Positions 18,639-27,766 of a DNA stretch of 64,000 nt are shown here, piece by piece. The stretch spans positions 3,210 to 67,209 of the forward strand of contig JAGQMS010000002.1 in the NCBI GenBank assembly GCA_020428535.1, in the 5' to 3' direction. The notes beneath the pieces were generated by a model. That model did not search any database. It saw only the letters and a program-made list of their open reading frames with translations, and was not told where the DNA came from. The first letter of the stretch is position 1. The number at the start of each line of letters is the position of its first letter. The translations under genes and the position numbers were made by a program. Source of the stretch: Candidatus Saccharimonadota bacterium. Its GTDB lineage: Bacteria; Patescibacteriota; Saccharimonadia; Saccharimonadales; JAGQMS01.

Positions 18639-19838
18639 CTAACTTTGAGTATAGAGCTGTCGTATTTCGGGGTTTCCTGGGCGCGCGATGAATGTTCTAT
18701 TTAAGTGATAAGATGCGGTAAATCCAATTGCCGTGGCAATTACAAATACTCCCAGTGCCCTAGCAATAGGGTTTTTAGGGAAAACTGCCAACCAACGGCT
18801 AATGCTTTCGTGTACGCCAGCCGCAATAAATATATATATCAATGGTAATAATAGTGAGAGCCTCATAATGTCGAAGCCTGCCATTGAGCAAACTACCAGT
18901 CCAAGTGTTAAACCACCGAAGAGCAACTTAGACCGCTTTAGGGACAATCTTCTTTCGAAGAAATATATCCCCAGTAGGAACATAAACATTTCAAAAATGT
19001 TAAGCATTGGCAATTTGCCCAGCCCTAGAACATTCATATTATTGCTTGAGAAAAATATAGCCTTCACACTATCGGCAACATTGAGAGTCAGCTCTGGAAT
19101 ACTGTGAGCGATATTATCTTTTACCCCGAGCAGTGCCAGAATTTGTTCTGGGTTTCTGATACATGCCATTAGAAGAGGAGTTATCAGTATTAACCCAACT
19201 CCTGCGACAACAAATTTTTGCCAAAGCTTTAAAGGTAGACTTCGTTGTCTTTGCTTGTAGTGTAGAACAGATACAACCCCCGCAACAAAGACAAGCCAAA
19301 CCACTGTAGGGGAATATAGGGCCAATGCCGATGCCGAAATAAGCAATAACCAGTCCAGAAAAGGCTTAGTTGTAAAGAGTAATCTTGTGCCGAGTGAGAA
19401 TATCAACAACAGTAAAAACGAGCCAATCATAGCGCTATGGGCTCCTCTGCCTAATGCAAGCGCCCATGAGGACGTTGCGAATAACACTGTACCAACTAGT
19501 GCTTTACCTGGAGACAAAAGCCAATTTCTTAAAAGCTCGTAAAACATCAGCACACTAAATATGTAGGCTACTGCAGTAATAAGGCGGGCACTACGAAGCT
19601 CGCTTATGCCAGCTTTATGGAGAAGCCATGAAGCGGATATATATGGTGCATCGACAGCATTTCTCCAAGGATATTCATAGTTCTGAACGCTTGCAACAAC
19701 ACTGTTTTCGTACGAATTAGATCCGGGGATTAGTGACTGTTGTTTGTAGATGATAATCGTTGCCGCCATTGCTAGCAGAATAATGTACGTTAAAGACAAC
19801 ACGAGTTTTGATTTTACCCACCCAAAAAAGGACTTCAT
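18639..19838 (-). CDS. polytopic membrane protein, possible GT-C-type glycosyltransferase
   Basis: 399 aa with about 10 hydrophobic segments. The architecture resembles the ArnT/PMT family, but no diagnostic motif is confirmed. Confidence 0.35.
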   Translation of the reverse strand: MKSFFGWVKSKLVLSLTYIILLAMAATIIIYKQQSLIPGSNSYENSVVASVQNYEYPWRNAVDAPYISASWLLHKAGISELRSARLITAVAYIFSVLMFYELLRNWLLSPGKALVGTVLFATSSWALALGRGAHSAMIGSFLLLLIFSLGTRLLFTTKPFLDWLLLISASALALYSPTVVWLVFVAGVVSVLHYKQRQRSLPLKLWQKFVVAGVGLILITPLLMACIRNPEQILALLGVKDNIAHSIPELTLNVADSVKAIFFSSNNMNVLGLGKLPMLNIFEMFMFLLGIYFFERRLSLKRSKLLFGGLTLGLVVCSMAGFDIMRLSLLLPLIYIFIAAGVHESISRWLAVFPKNPIARALGVFVIATAIGFTASYHLNRTFIARPGNPEIRQLYTQS

Positions 19839-19869
19839 AGATGATTGTATTTTAACATGTTTTTCACCT

Positions 19870-21237
19870 CTATGTATCGAAAGGAGTCTTTGTTATTTTT
19901 CGATCTAGAGATTTGAAAATTTGCTTGTTGGCGTTAAAGAATAATTCTACATTCCCAATTGGTCCATTTCGGTGTTTTCGGATTAAGATATCTGCTACAT
20001 TTGGTTTTTCTGTTTTCTCAGGGTTGTAGTATTCGTCCCTATATATAAACATTACCATGTCAGCATCTTGCTCAATTGAACCAGATTCACGTAAATCAGA
20101 TAGTTGTGGTATTTGCGGGCTTCGAGTTTCTACAGAACGACTTAGTTGAGAAAGTGCAATAACAGGTACGTTTAGCTCACGTGCGATTGATTTTAGGCCT
20201 CTCGAAATTTCTGATATTTCTTGTACGCGATTTGAATCACTCCCAAATCGGGATCCACCACTCATCAGCTGTAAATAGTCGATGATAATTAGACCGAGCT
20301 GTCGACGATGTTGCTCGCGTCGAGCCTTGGTACGGAGGTCACTCACTGTTATGCCCGCAGTGTCGTCAATATAAATAGGTGCCTCTGCAAGTGAACCCAT
20401 GGCTGTTGAGAGCTTTTCCCAGTCTTCATTTGAGAGATTGCCTGTTCGAATATTCCACGCATCTACACCTGATTCCATGGCCAGCATACGATCGACAAGC
20501 TGGTCCTTACTCATTTCGAGGCTAAAGTACAAAACCGGCATTTCAGATTTGGTGGCCACCTTATGTGCAAAGTTCAAGGCTAAAACTGACTTACCCATAG
20601 CAGGTCGAGCGGCTAAAATCACTAGGTCACTTTTTTGCCAACCGGCAATGATATTGTCCAGATCCCTAAACCCAGTTGGGATACCCCTAACGCCGCCCCC
20701 ACCTTTATGAAGCTCGTCAAGTCGCTCAAAACTGGTTGAAAGAATTGATTCAATTGATTCGATATCTTGTTTAACATGTCTTTGCGATACTTGAAACAGC
20801 TCAACCTCAGCTTCTTCGATAATATCCTTGATCGGCTTACCTTCGTCGTAGCCTATGCCAACAATATCTTGTGATGCTTTGATTAGCTTCCGCCTGAGTG
20901 ATTTATCGGCAACAATTTCGGCATAATGTTCAGCATGCGCGGCCGTTGGAACATAGTTTGTTAGTTCAGTAAGATAAGTGGCGCCACCAACAACCTCTAG
21001 AAAACCATCGTCCTTCAGCTGATTGGTGAGCGTTAAGATATCAATCGGCCGGTGCCTTTCATATAATTTTCTTATTGCTTCATAAATACGTTGGTGTCTT
21101 TCGTCGTAGAAGTCTGATACATCAATACTGTCCGCTACCCGAACTATAGCATCAGCATCTATCATGATCGCACCGATTAATGACATTTCAGCATCTGTGT
21201 TCTGCGGTGGTATTTTTGGGTCAATTTTGTTGGCCAT
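19870..21237 (-). CDS. dnaB: replicative DNA helicase DnaB
   Basis: PPQNTDAEMSLIGAI N-terminus, Walker A AARPAMGKSVLAL, IIIDYLQLM and SQLSRSVE motifs. Length is 455 aa. Confidence 0.92.
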   Translation of the reverse strand: MANKIDPKIPPQNTDAEMSLIGAIMIDADAIVRVADSIDVSDFYDERHQRIYEAIRKLYERHRPIDILTLTNQLKDDGFLEVVGGATYLTELTNYVPTAAHAEHYAEIVADKSLRRKLIKASQDIVGIGYDEGKPIKDIIEEAEVELFQVSQRHVKQDIESIESILSTSFERLDELHKGGGGVRGIPTGFRDLDNIIAGWQKSDLVILAARPAMGKSVLALNFAHKVATKSEMPVLYFSLEMSKDQLVDRMLAMESGVDAWNIRTGNLSNEDWEKLSTAMGSLAEAPIYIDDTAGITVSDLRTKARREQHRRQLGLIIIDYLQLMSGGSRFGSDSNRVQEISEISRGLKSIARELNVPVIALSQLSRSVETRSPQIPQLSDLRESGSIEQDADMVMFIYRDEYYNPEKTEKPNVADILIRKHRNGPIGNVELFFNANKQIFKSLDRKITKTPFDT

Positions 21238-21295
21238 AATTAAAAGAAGTGTATCCTATTTATTTAATACTTAACAGCTTAAGCATTATTAATTA

Positions 21296-22711
21296 TTAAA
21301 GTGGTTGGGCGTCACCGAAAACATTTTTGACAATAGAAAGAGGGTCTGACATCAAACTTTCGTCAGTATCTGTAGGTTGAATATCTTGAAGTTTAGGTTT
21401 CGTCTCTGGTATTTCACCAGATTCAAGACGAAAGACCTCAATGTTAAGCTCTTTGTTGCCTACCCTTCTTGCTGTTTCCTCCAAAACCTCGAAATTTTTT
21501 GATTCTTGTATTCTTTTTATATGAAACGGAAAAGCTAAGCCAATCCGGAGCATATTACCGTTAAATTCTGTTTTAGCTAGCCTCAGTGGCCCATAAATAG
21601 CATGGTTTCCTTCTTTCAGTGATTCGAGTATTTTCGACCATAAGTCGCTTTCTTCTGACGAAGGGACTTCCCTTTTTTCTACCTTTGCTGGAATTTTAAT
21701 TTCTTTATTTACTTCCTTAGTTTTTGGCTTTTGTGCAAGAACGGAAACAGGTTTCTGTTGGGCTTCAGTGTCTTCAATTTGCTTGCTAGGGTGTTCATTT
21801 GCTTCAGCCAGCGAAAGAAGCAGGAGGCTTGTTTTTGGGTCGTGGGAAGAGTTCACTTCTAAAAGCATCCTAGCCAAACCAACATTGTGTTCTTCGATTG
21901 CTAGCATCAACAGATTTTGAGCGATTATAGGGGCATGAAAGCCTTGGTCATAGAGTTGATTTAGTAAATTCTTTGTAGAGCTACTATGTTTTTTTAAGCT
22001 CTCCCAGAGATCTGTGAGCAACTTTGTACTTGGTGCACCTATTGCATCTTGAATATCTGATTTTTTAATATTTTCTGAAAGGCTTCGCACTTGATCAAGG
22101 AGGCTGATCGCATCACGGAAACCACCATTTGCATGTTCTGCAATCATTTCTAGGGCGTCGTCTTCAATGTTAATATTTTCTTGCTCTGCAATTGAACGAA
22201 GATGCGAAATAATCTTGCTTTTCTCTATAGGCTTGAAACTAAAGCGCTGCGTCCTGGAAACTATTGTCTCCGGTACCTTGTGTAGCTCTGTTGTTGCAAG
22301 AATAAAGATCGCGTGTTCAGGAGGCTCTTCTATTGTTTTCAGAAGCGCATTAAATGCTTCTTTTGTAAGCATGTGAACTTCGTCGATAATGTAGACCTTA
22401 TATTTACTACTTGTCGGGGCAATATTTACTTTTTCGCGTAAGTCACGGATCTCGTCAATTCTTCTATTAGACGCGGCATCAATCTCAATGATGTCTAAAT
22501 TGGTCGCAGATTCATCGTACGGTAAATTATTTAGTTGGTATGCAAGAATTCTTGCAACAGAAGTCTTCCCTGTCCCTTTGGGCCCTGTAAATAAATAGGC
22601 GTGAGAAATTTTACCCTGATCAATAGCTTTTTTTAGTGCAAGAGTAATATGCTCCTGACCCACGAGCTCATCAAGTGATTTAGAACGGTATTTTCTATAT
22701 AATACGGCCAT
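21296..22711 (-). CDS. dnaX: DNA polymerase III subunit gamma/tau
   Basis: LYRKYRSKSLDELVGQEH, GPKGTGKTS, IIDEVHMLT and TTELHKVPETIVSRTQRF. Confidence 0.9.
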   Translation of the reverse strand: MAVLYRKYRSKSLDELVGQEHITLALKKAIDQGKISHAYLFTGPKGTGKTSVARILAYQLNNLPYDESATNLDIIEIDAASNRRIDEIRDLREKVNIAPTSSKYKVYIIDEVHMLTKEAFNALLKTIEEPPEHAIFILATTELHKVPETIVSRTQRFSFKPIEKSKIISHLRSIAEQENINIEDDALEMIAEHANGGFRDAISLLDQVRSLSENIKKSDIQDAIGAPSTKLLTDLWESLKKHSSSTKNLLNQLYDQGFHAPIIAQNLLMLAIEEHNVGLARMLLEVNSSHDPKTSLLLLSLAEANEHPSKQIEDTEAQQKPVSVLAQKPKTKEVNKEIKIPAKVEKREVPSSEESDLWSKILESLKEGNHAIYGPLRLAKTEFNGNMLRIGLAFPFHIKRIQESKNFEVLEETARRVGNKELNIEVFRLESGEIPETKPKLQDIQPTDTDESLMSDPLSIVKNVFGDAQPL

Positions 22712-22842
22712 TTATTTTGTACATAGGTGGTAAAACTAAGGACTTAGAAAGTCTAAAAAACACACCTACGGTCGTCCCCTCCAAATTCTAGGTTATATTA
22801 TATAGCCTTATCACGAGTTCGTGCAGGGTGGTTTTTACAATA

Positions 22843-23244
22843 CTAAAAAGCTTGCGCGCAAAGTTCGGCTTGATCAGCTGTAAAAGTTAGGTGATGGAGT
22901 GTCTGAGCCTGTGATAACTTATCTATCAATTCTTGACGTAGTTTTCTGTGCTCATCACCGCGTTCTTCGGGCGGTACTAAATTTACTACTGTAGTTAGAG
23001 AAGCAAGTGTTCCAATACGTGCACTTAGGTCTTGTTCGAATTTTCGTCTTTGTGTAAGTTCGGGGTACGAATCGCGCATACATCTTCTCATGACTATGCC
23101 AATAAACCACTGGTGCTGTAAGCCGCCAATTTCAGCATCTGAACAGCCTTGTTCTAAAAATTTTTCTAGCGGAAAATCAGCCAGATCTATTTCACTGGGT
23201 CCAGATTTCAGTCGCTCAAGTGCTTCATGAAGTGATAGAGACAT
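22843..23244 (-). CDS. hypothetical protein
   Basis: 133-aa ORF on the same strand as its neighbours, with no recognisable motif. Confidence 0.45.
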   Translation of the reverse strand: MSLSLHEALERLKSGPSEIDLADFPLEKFLEQGCSDAEIGGLQHQWFIGIVMRRCMRDSYPELTQRRKFEQDLSARIGTLASLTTVVNLVPPEERGDEHRKLRQELIDKLSQAQTLHHLTFTADQAELCAQAF

Positions 23245-23250
23245 AATAGA

Positions 23251-23790
23251 TCAAAGTGCGGCTTCGATTGCAGCCCATTCGGCATCGACTTCGTCCGCAG
23301 GTACGTTGATGCTAATCTGATCACCTGGTTTTGCTTTGAAATATGTCACGCTTGCAAGCAGAACACGGTAATCACGTTTACCAACCTCGACAAAATAGTG
23401 GCCTTCACGTTGAACAAGTTGGCCAACTAACTGCTTGCGTGGTATTGGGCCAATTTGCTTGTACATAAATGCCCCGTCATCGGCGATAGTAAGTTTCAAA
23501 ATGTCACCTTGAACTAGCTTCGATTTTGAAGCGTAGTTAGCAGGAACTGGGTATGTTTTACCGTCGCTACCAACCATATTTTGGCCATCGAAGACACCTT
23601 CAATAATTTTTCCAGTAGACTCTTCTCTTACACTTGCAGTTAGATCGGCATCCTCGCCAACCATACTTACTAAGAGTTCTTTTGCCGCAGCCAAAGATGT
23701 TTCAGCTTCCTGAATAAGGCTTCTCAGCCTTTTTACCTGTTTTTCTGGTATTTCAGACATTTGTTTCTCGCAGTTCTGGGGGTCTCGCAT
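23251..23790 (-). CDS. hypothetical protein (N-terminal coiled coil plus beta-rich domain)
   Basis: 179-aa ORF; an alternative start is at 23760 (MSEIPEK). No recognisable motif. Confidence 0.45.
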   Translation of the reverse strand: MRDPQNCEKQMSEIPEKQVKRLRSLIQEAETSLAAAKELLVSMVGEDADLTASVREESTGKIIEGVFDGQNMVGSDGKTYPVPANYASKSKLVQGDILKLTIADDGAFMYKQIGPIPRKQLVGQLVQREGHYFVEVGKRDYRVLLASVTYFKAKPGDQISINVPADEVDAEWAAIEAAL

Positions 23791-23886
23791 TCCCCCTTTT
23801 ATTTTCTGATTTCAATGGCAATCTTACAACAAAGATACCATCCTTGTCAAAAGTTCAAGGGGGTAACATGTAAAAACTGTGGATAA

Positions 23887-24444
23887 CTAATCTCTAGTGG
23901 CTACCATCATATATCCCACACCTCTTACGGTTCTTATGAGCTGCATCACTTCATCTTCGCTAACGCTATTACCACACAGAGCTTTTCTGAGATTCCTTAT
24001 ATGTACATCTAGGGTTTTGGAATCTCCGTTATCGATAATGTAATTATCGCCCCATACGTGGTCCAGTAGTTGTCTACGTAGCAGCACTCTATTGCAATTC
24101 TCGGCAAGATAGGCTAGAAGATTAAATACTTTCTTCGGTAGGGTCAGCGTAACATCATGGAAAAATACCTTTCTAGATGCAGAATCGACTAATAGCTTAC
24201 CTCCGTTAAAGCTATGGGTTTCGTGCCCATGGGCATGAGTCTCTACCAGGGGTAAGTGTACAACTGTATCATCCGTGGGATTGGGCCCCGTTGCTCTAAT
24301 TAAGGAGCCGTAGGTAAATGCAATAGTCGGAACATTGTCTCCATCGGGTGTAGTAATCTGCGATTCAAATATTTGGTCAAGTGGACGAGGGTCTCTTTCT
24401 GCACCGGGCAACTGGACATATACTGCACTTTGTCTTTTTGGCAT
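23887..24444 (-). CDS. OmpR/PhoB-type winged-helix DNA-binding protein without a receiver domain
   Basis: The C-terminal region matches the Trans_reg_C pattern: LTLPKKVFNLLAYLAENCNRVLLRRQLLDHVWG...TLDVHIRNLRKAL...IRTVRGVGYMM. The N-terminal ~90 aa have no Asp-pocket motifs. ATG at 24444; the track start at 24480 is a TTG. Confidence 0.6.
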   Translation of the reverse strand: MPKRQSAVYVQLPGAERDPRPLDQIFESQITTPDGDNVPTIAFTYGSLIRATGPNPTDDTVVHLPLVETHAHGHETHSFNGGKLLVDSASRKVFFHDVTLTLPKKVFNLLAYLAENCNRVLLRRQLLDHVWGDNYIIDNGDSKTLDVHIRNLRKALCGNSVSEDEVMQLIRTVRGVGYMMVATRD

Positions 24445-24544
24445 ACGAAGAATGTTAATCTTTGTGTACTTAAAAAGCAAGCATTAGAACAAACAAAAAC
24501 AGGAGATATTACACTCCTGTCTTAGGGATGAACTACCTTCGTGA

Positions 24545-24934
24545 TTATGCTAGTTCAACAGTAGCACCTGCTTCTTCCAAAGCTTTTTTCATAGCTTCTG
24601 CGTCAGCTTTTGCTACCTTTTCTTTAACTGTGCCTGGAGCACCGTCAACGATAGCCTTTGCTTCACCAAGACCTAGACCTGTTGCATCTTTAACTGCCTT
24701 GATAACAGCAACTTTTTGAGCGCCAGCGTCTTTTAGAACTACATCGTATTCAGCTTTTTCTGCTGCTGCTTCACCTGCTGCTTCACCGCCAGCGACTGGA
24801 CCAGCTGCAACTGCAACTGCTGCTGCAGCTGGTTCGATGCCGTATTCGTCTTTTAGAATTGTTGATAGTTCATTAACTTCTAGTACGCTCAAAGAAACTA
24901 GTTCCTCGGCGATTTTCTTAAGATCTTTAGCCAT
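24545..24934 (-). CDS. rplL: 50S ribosomal protein L7/L12
   Basis: Ala-rich hinge followed by [25 protein letters not shown]...[25 protein letters not shown]. Confidence 0.95.
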   Translation of the reverse strand: MAKDLKKIAEELVSLSVLEVNELSTILKDEYGIEPAAAAVAVAAGPVAGGEAAGEAAAEKAEYDVVLKDAGAQKVAVIKAVKDATGLGLGEAKAIVDGAPGTVKEKVAKADAEAMKKALEEAGATVELA

Positions 24935-24954
24935 TTAAATTCTCCGATATTAAA

Positions 24955-25479
24955 TTAATTTGTTGCCTTTGCGGCGATAGCGTCCATCAGACCAAGTAGG
25001 TTTCCCTTTAGTTGACCTGTAACGGTACGCATTGGTGATTGAAGTGTGTTGATCACACCTGCAATAAGTTGTTGCTTACTTGGTAGGCTTGCAAGAGCTT
25101 TGATCTGATCGGCGCTCATAAATTCACCAGTGGCAGTGATACCACCGACAAACTTGATGGCGTCTTCTTTCTTAGCAAATGCCGCCAATACTTGAGCACC
25201 AGCAGTCTCGTCATTTGAGTTAAAGACGTACATGAGCATGTCTTTGAGCTCGCTTGTGTCGGTTCCTTTGATAGAATCGACATTTTCAATAGCTTTTCGC
25301 ACTAGTCGGTTTTTGACGACCTTTATAACGCTACCGTTCTCACGTGCGTTACCACGAAGTTCCTGCATGCTTTTTACAGACATACCCTGGTACTTCGCTA
25401 CTACTGTAAGCTTTGAATCAGCGAATAGACTCTCTAGCTGAGCTACTACTTCTGCTTTTTTATCCTTTGATAGAGCCAT
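24955..25479 (-). CDS. rplJ: 50S ribosomal protein L10
   Basis: MALSKDKKAEVV start at 25479 is preceded by GAAAGGA. It sits directly upstream of rplL and has an L10-like sequence. Confidence 0.9.
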   Translation of the reverse strand: MALSKDKKAEVVAQLESLFADSKLTVVAKYQGMSVKSMQELRGNARENGSVIKVVKNRLVRKAIENVDSIKGTDTSELKDMLMYVFNSNDETAGAQVLAAFAKKEDAIKFVGGITATGEFMSADQIKALASLPSKQQLIAGVINTLQSPMRTVTGQLKGNLLGLMDAIAAKATN

Positions 25480-25660
25480 GTCTAAATATGGTCCTTTCGT
25501 AGTTATTTGACACCACATATCGACCTATTACCGCGGTGTTTGATTACCTCTAGTTGTTCTAATTAAGAGAACTCCTCGGTGGCACTATTAAGCGATTTCT
25601 CGCAGCCACTGTCTTTGGGTAACCTAGGTATTTTACTAAAACAGGGGTAAAAAATCAACT

Positions 25661-25975
25661 CTAATCTGTATATGGAATTTGCGGATCTTGAGTAAGATGA
25701 CTAGCGTGAAATTGAATTCGCGCAGATTCTGTAGCCGGGTCATGGATAAGCACCGGGAGGGGCGCTAGCTCCCCCGCCACTACTCTTTCTCTGTATACAC
25801 CTAATTGCCACTCAAATACTTCGCCTAATCTATCAATATGCCTTTGGTGAACAGGTTTTTGTAATTCAGCTACTGAACAACTGAATGGTAGAGATACACC
25901 TCGGCACTCTTGCCCGTCAAGATATCGTTCGTAACTTTTGAATATTTCTAATGGTCCTCTTTCTAAAAATGCCAT
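25661..25975 (-). CDS. hypothetical protein
   Basis: 104-aa ORF, somewhat GC-richer than average, with no recognisable motif. Confidence 0.4.
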   Translation of the reverse strand: MAFLERGPLEIFKSYERYLDGQECRGVSLPFSCSVAELQKPVHQRHIDRLGEVFEWQLGVYRERVVAGELAPLPVLIHDPATESARIQFHASHLTQDPQIPYTD

Positions 25976-26175
25976 ATAAACTCCTTTAAAATTAAAAAAC
26001 TTCCCCTAAATTTTGCGGGAAGTCTTTGTTGGCTCTTATTGTTGTTGGTTACGACTTCAGATAATCAGCAACAAGAGCATTATCAATAATGACTAGATTC
26101 TTGTTTGTGATCAATCTGATCTGCATATTAGCTAAAGTTTAACATATCACCAGAGATTATTGTTAGAATATACAC

Positions 26176-26844
26176 ATGAATAATACTAATTCTTGGCATA
26201 AAATAACTGGCGCCGATAAAGATGAGATGTTAGACCGAATTATCCATGAAAATATTCGCTTAGCAAAAAAAGTAGCCGATATGCAGAGGGTTATTAAGGA
26301 ATACAAATCTCATGCCGAGCATCACAAGAAACGCGCCGAAACGGATCAACTTACTGGTGTTGGGAGCAGACATTCTCTGGACACCTGGGAAGAGATTCAT
26401 TATGAACCCAAAAAGAATACATACATTGCTATTTGTTTTGATCTTGTAAAGTTCAAGTATGTGAATGACACTTTCGGGCACGATATCGGGGATAAAGTCT
26501 TAACAATTTTTGCGATTAAGCTTCTGGAAACGTTTCGTTTTAATATGAGAGAGGATTGTGCAGGCAAATTCTTTGCGCCTGATAATCTCTTTGTTAGACA
26601 GGGTGGTGACGAGTTCGCCGTTATACTAACTTTGGATCCAAAAATAAGCAAAGTAGATTTTTTGAAGATTATAGATGAGAGAATAAATTCAAACTTAATC
26701 GTAAATTTTGAAGATATGGGTATGGGTGAAGAAATTCGCCATCATTTCATGGACGTTCGATGTCGATACAGTTATGCTTTTAGTGAGCCTCGCATAGATC
26801 TTGAAACTCTCCTTCAAAAGGCTGATAGTAAAAATAAGTCTTGA
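26176..26844 (+). CDS. GGDEF-domain diguanylate cyclase with a short coiled-coil N-terminus
   Basis: DQLTGVGSRHSL, FDLVKFKYVNDTFGHDIGDKVL and an intact RQGGDEFAV active-site motif. There is no sensor or EAL/HD-GYP domain. TAGAAT lies 6 nt before the ATG. Confidence 0.8.
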   Translation: MNNTNSWHKITGADKDEMLDRIIHENIRLAKKVADMQRVIKEYKSHAEHHKKRAETDQLTGVGSRHSLDTWEEIHYEPKKNTYIAICFDLVKFKYVNDTFGHDIGDKVLTIFAIKLLETFRFNMREDCAGKFFAPDNLFVRQGGDEFAVILTLDPKISKVDFLKIIDERINSNLIVNFEDMGMGEEIRHHFMDVRCRYSYAFSEPRIDLETLLQKADSKNKS

Positions 26845-26965
26845 CTAAAGTGTCTTGGCTGTAGTAAAAAAGACGTAATGACAAAAAACAGCATTATTTT
26901 GAGCCTCGTGCTCCTCGCCCAGTAGCGAGTGTTGTTGTCATAAAAAAATCTAGCAGAATTAGGCA

Positions 26966-27001
26966 ACCGGACACTCGCTATAAGCAACAGTCCGGTTTTT
27001 T
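26966..27001 (+). terminator. rho-independent terminator downstream of the GGDEF gene
   Basis: Stem ACCGGAC / GTCCGGT followed by a T run. An upstream 10-nt segment, TAGCGAGTGT (26923-26932), is complementary to ACACTCGCTA (26971-26980) inside the loop. Confidence 0.6.
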
Positions 27002-27029
27002 GAACCTTTACAAATTGCTTTGCTCAATC

Positions 27030-27257
27030 ATGCGCCCGAAGAAGTGGCTTCGGACGCAGGTGAGAGCAAAGGGGAATGACGTGCGAAGTGCAGATGATGC
27101 ATTGGATGATGCGAAGGTGGCGGCAGATCATGGAGATGCTGATTCTGCCTTGGCGTTCGTACGGGAAGCAACTGAGAATGCCGGTGGGCGGTTGTCCTCA
27201 AGGCTTCAAAAGCTTGCCGATGAAATTTGTTCACGAATTCGATTCAGCCATTCGTGA
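27030..27257 (+). CDS. possible small helical protein in a GC-rich patch
   Basis: ATG-started 75-aa frame (MRPKKWLRTQ...DDALDDAKVAADHGDADSALAFVREATENAGG). Other frames are open here too because of the high GC, so coding is uncertain. Confidence 0.25.
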   Translation: MRPKKWLRTQVRAKGNDVRSADDALDDAKVAADHGDADSALAFVREATENAGGRLSSRLQKLADEICSRIRFSHS

Positions 27258-27498
27258 ACGTTGCATGAAATTCCAAGAAAGATTGCGGTTGGTGCGCGTA
27301 ACATGCGCCCTGACAATTTGCTATACGGTCTAACCCGTGGCAAATGCAAATGCGAGACTGATGAGGCAAAACATGCCAATACTCAGAAGCTAAAAGCTTC
27401 GGACTGCCCGAAGTAGCTTTTTTGGAAAAACCTTATTTGCTCTAAAGGGTTGAGCGTGTGAAGGCGAAGAACCTCCACGCTCCCCTTCTCAACCAAAA

Positions 27499-27717
27499 TT
27501 ATTTTGATTTTCTAGATGCTAACCAGTGCATGATAACTGCACCACTGACCCAATACGGCACAATGCCAATTAGGGTGTCGCTCACCGAATGACTATTTCT
27601 ATCAACTGCCAAAAAAGTTATCACCAACCAATAAAGATAAGGTAAATAAAGTAACCATCCCTGCCAAGAACAAGGAAGATAACTTCCCCGCACTTTCTTG
27701 AACCAGTATCGTTGCAT
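27499..27717 (-). CDS. small membrane protein
   Basis: Inner ATG at 27717 has TATAAT 10 nt upstream. Two hydrophobic helices. The longer track ORF would overlap thyX. Confidence 0.4.
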   Translation of the reverse strand: MQRYWFKKVRGSYLPCSWQGWLLYLPYLYWLVITFLAVDRNSHSVSDTLIGIVPYWVSGAVIMHWLASRKSK

Positions 27718-27766
27718 TATATTTATGATTATATACGTTTTAGTTATCGTAGTGGGTGAAAGTTTA

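Noticed and set aside
25480-25660. Calling the rplJ upstream region an L10 leader RNA feature.
   Set aside because: It is plausible from position, and complementary segments CAGUGGC and GCCAC occur. However, I could not verify the K-turn or L10-binding mimic by eye, so it is not listed as a feature. It should be tested with Rfam RF00557.
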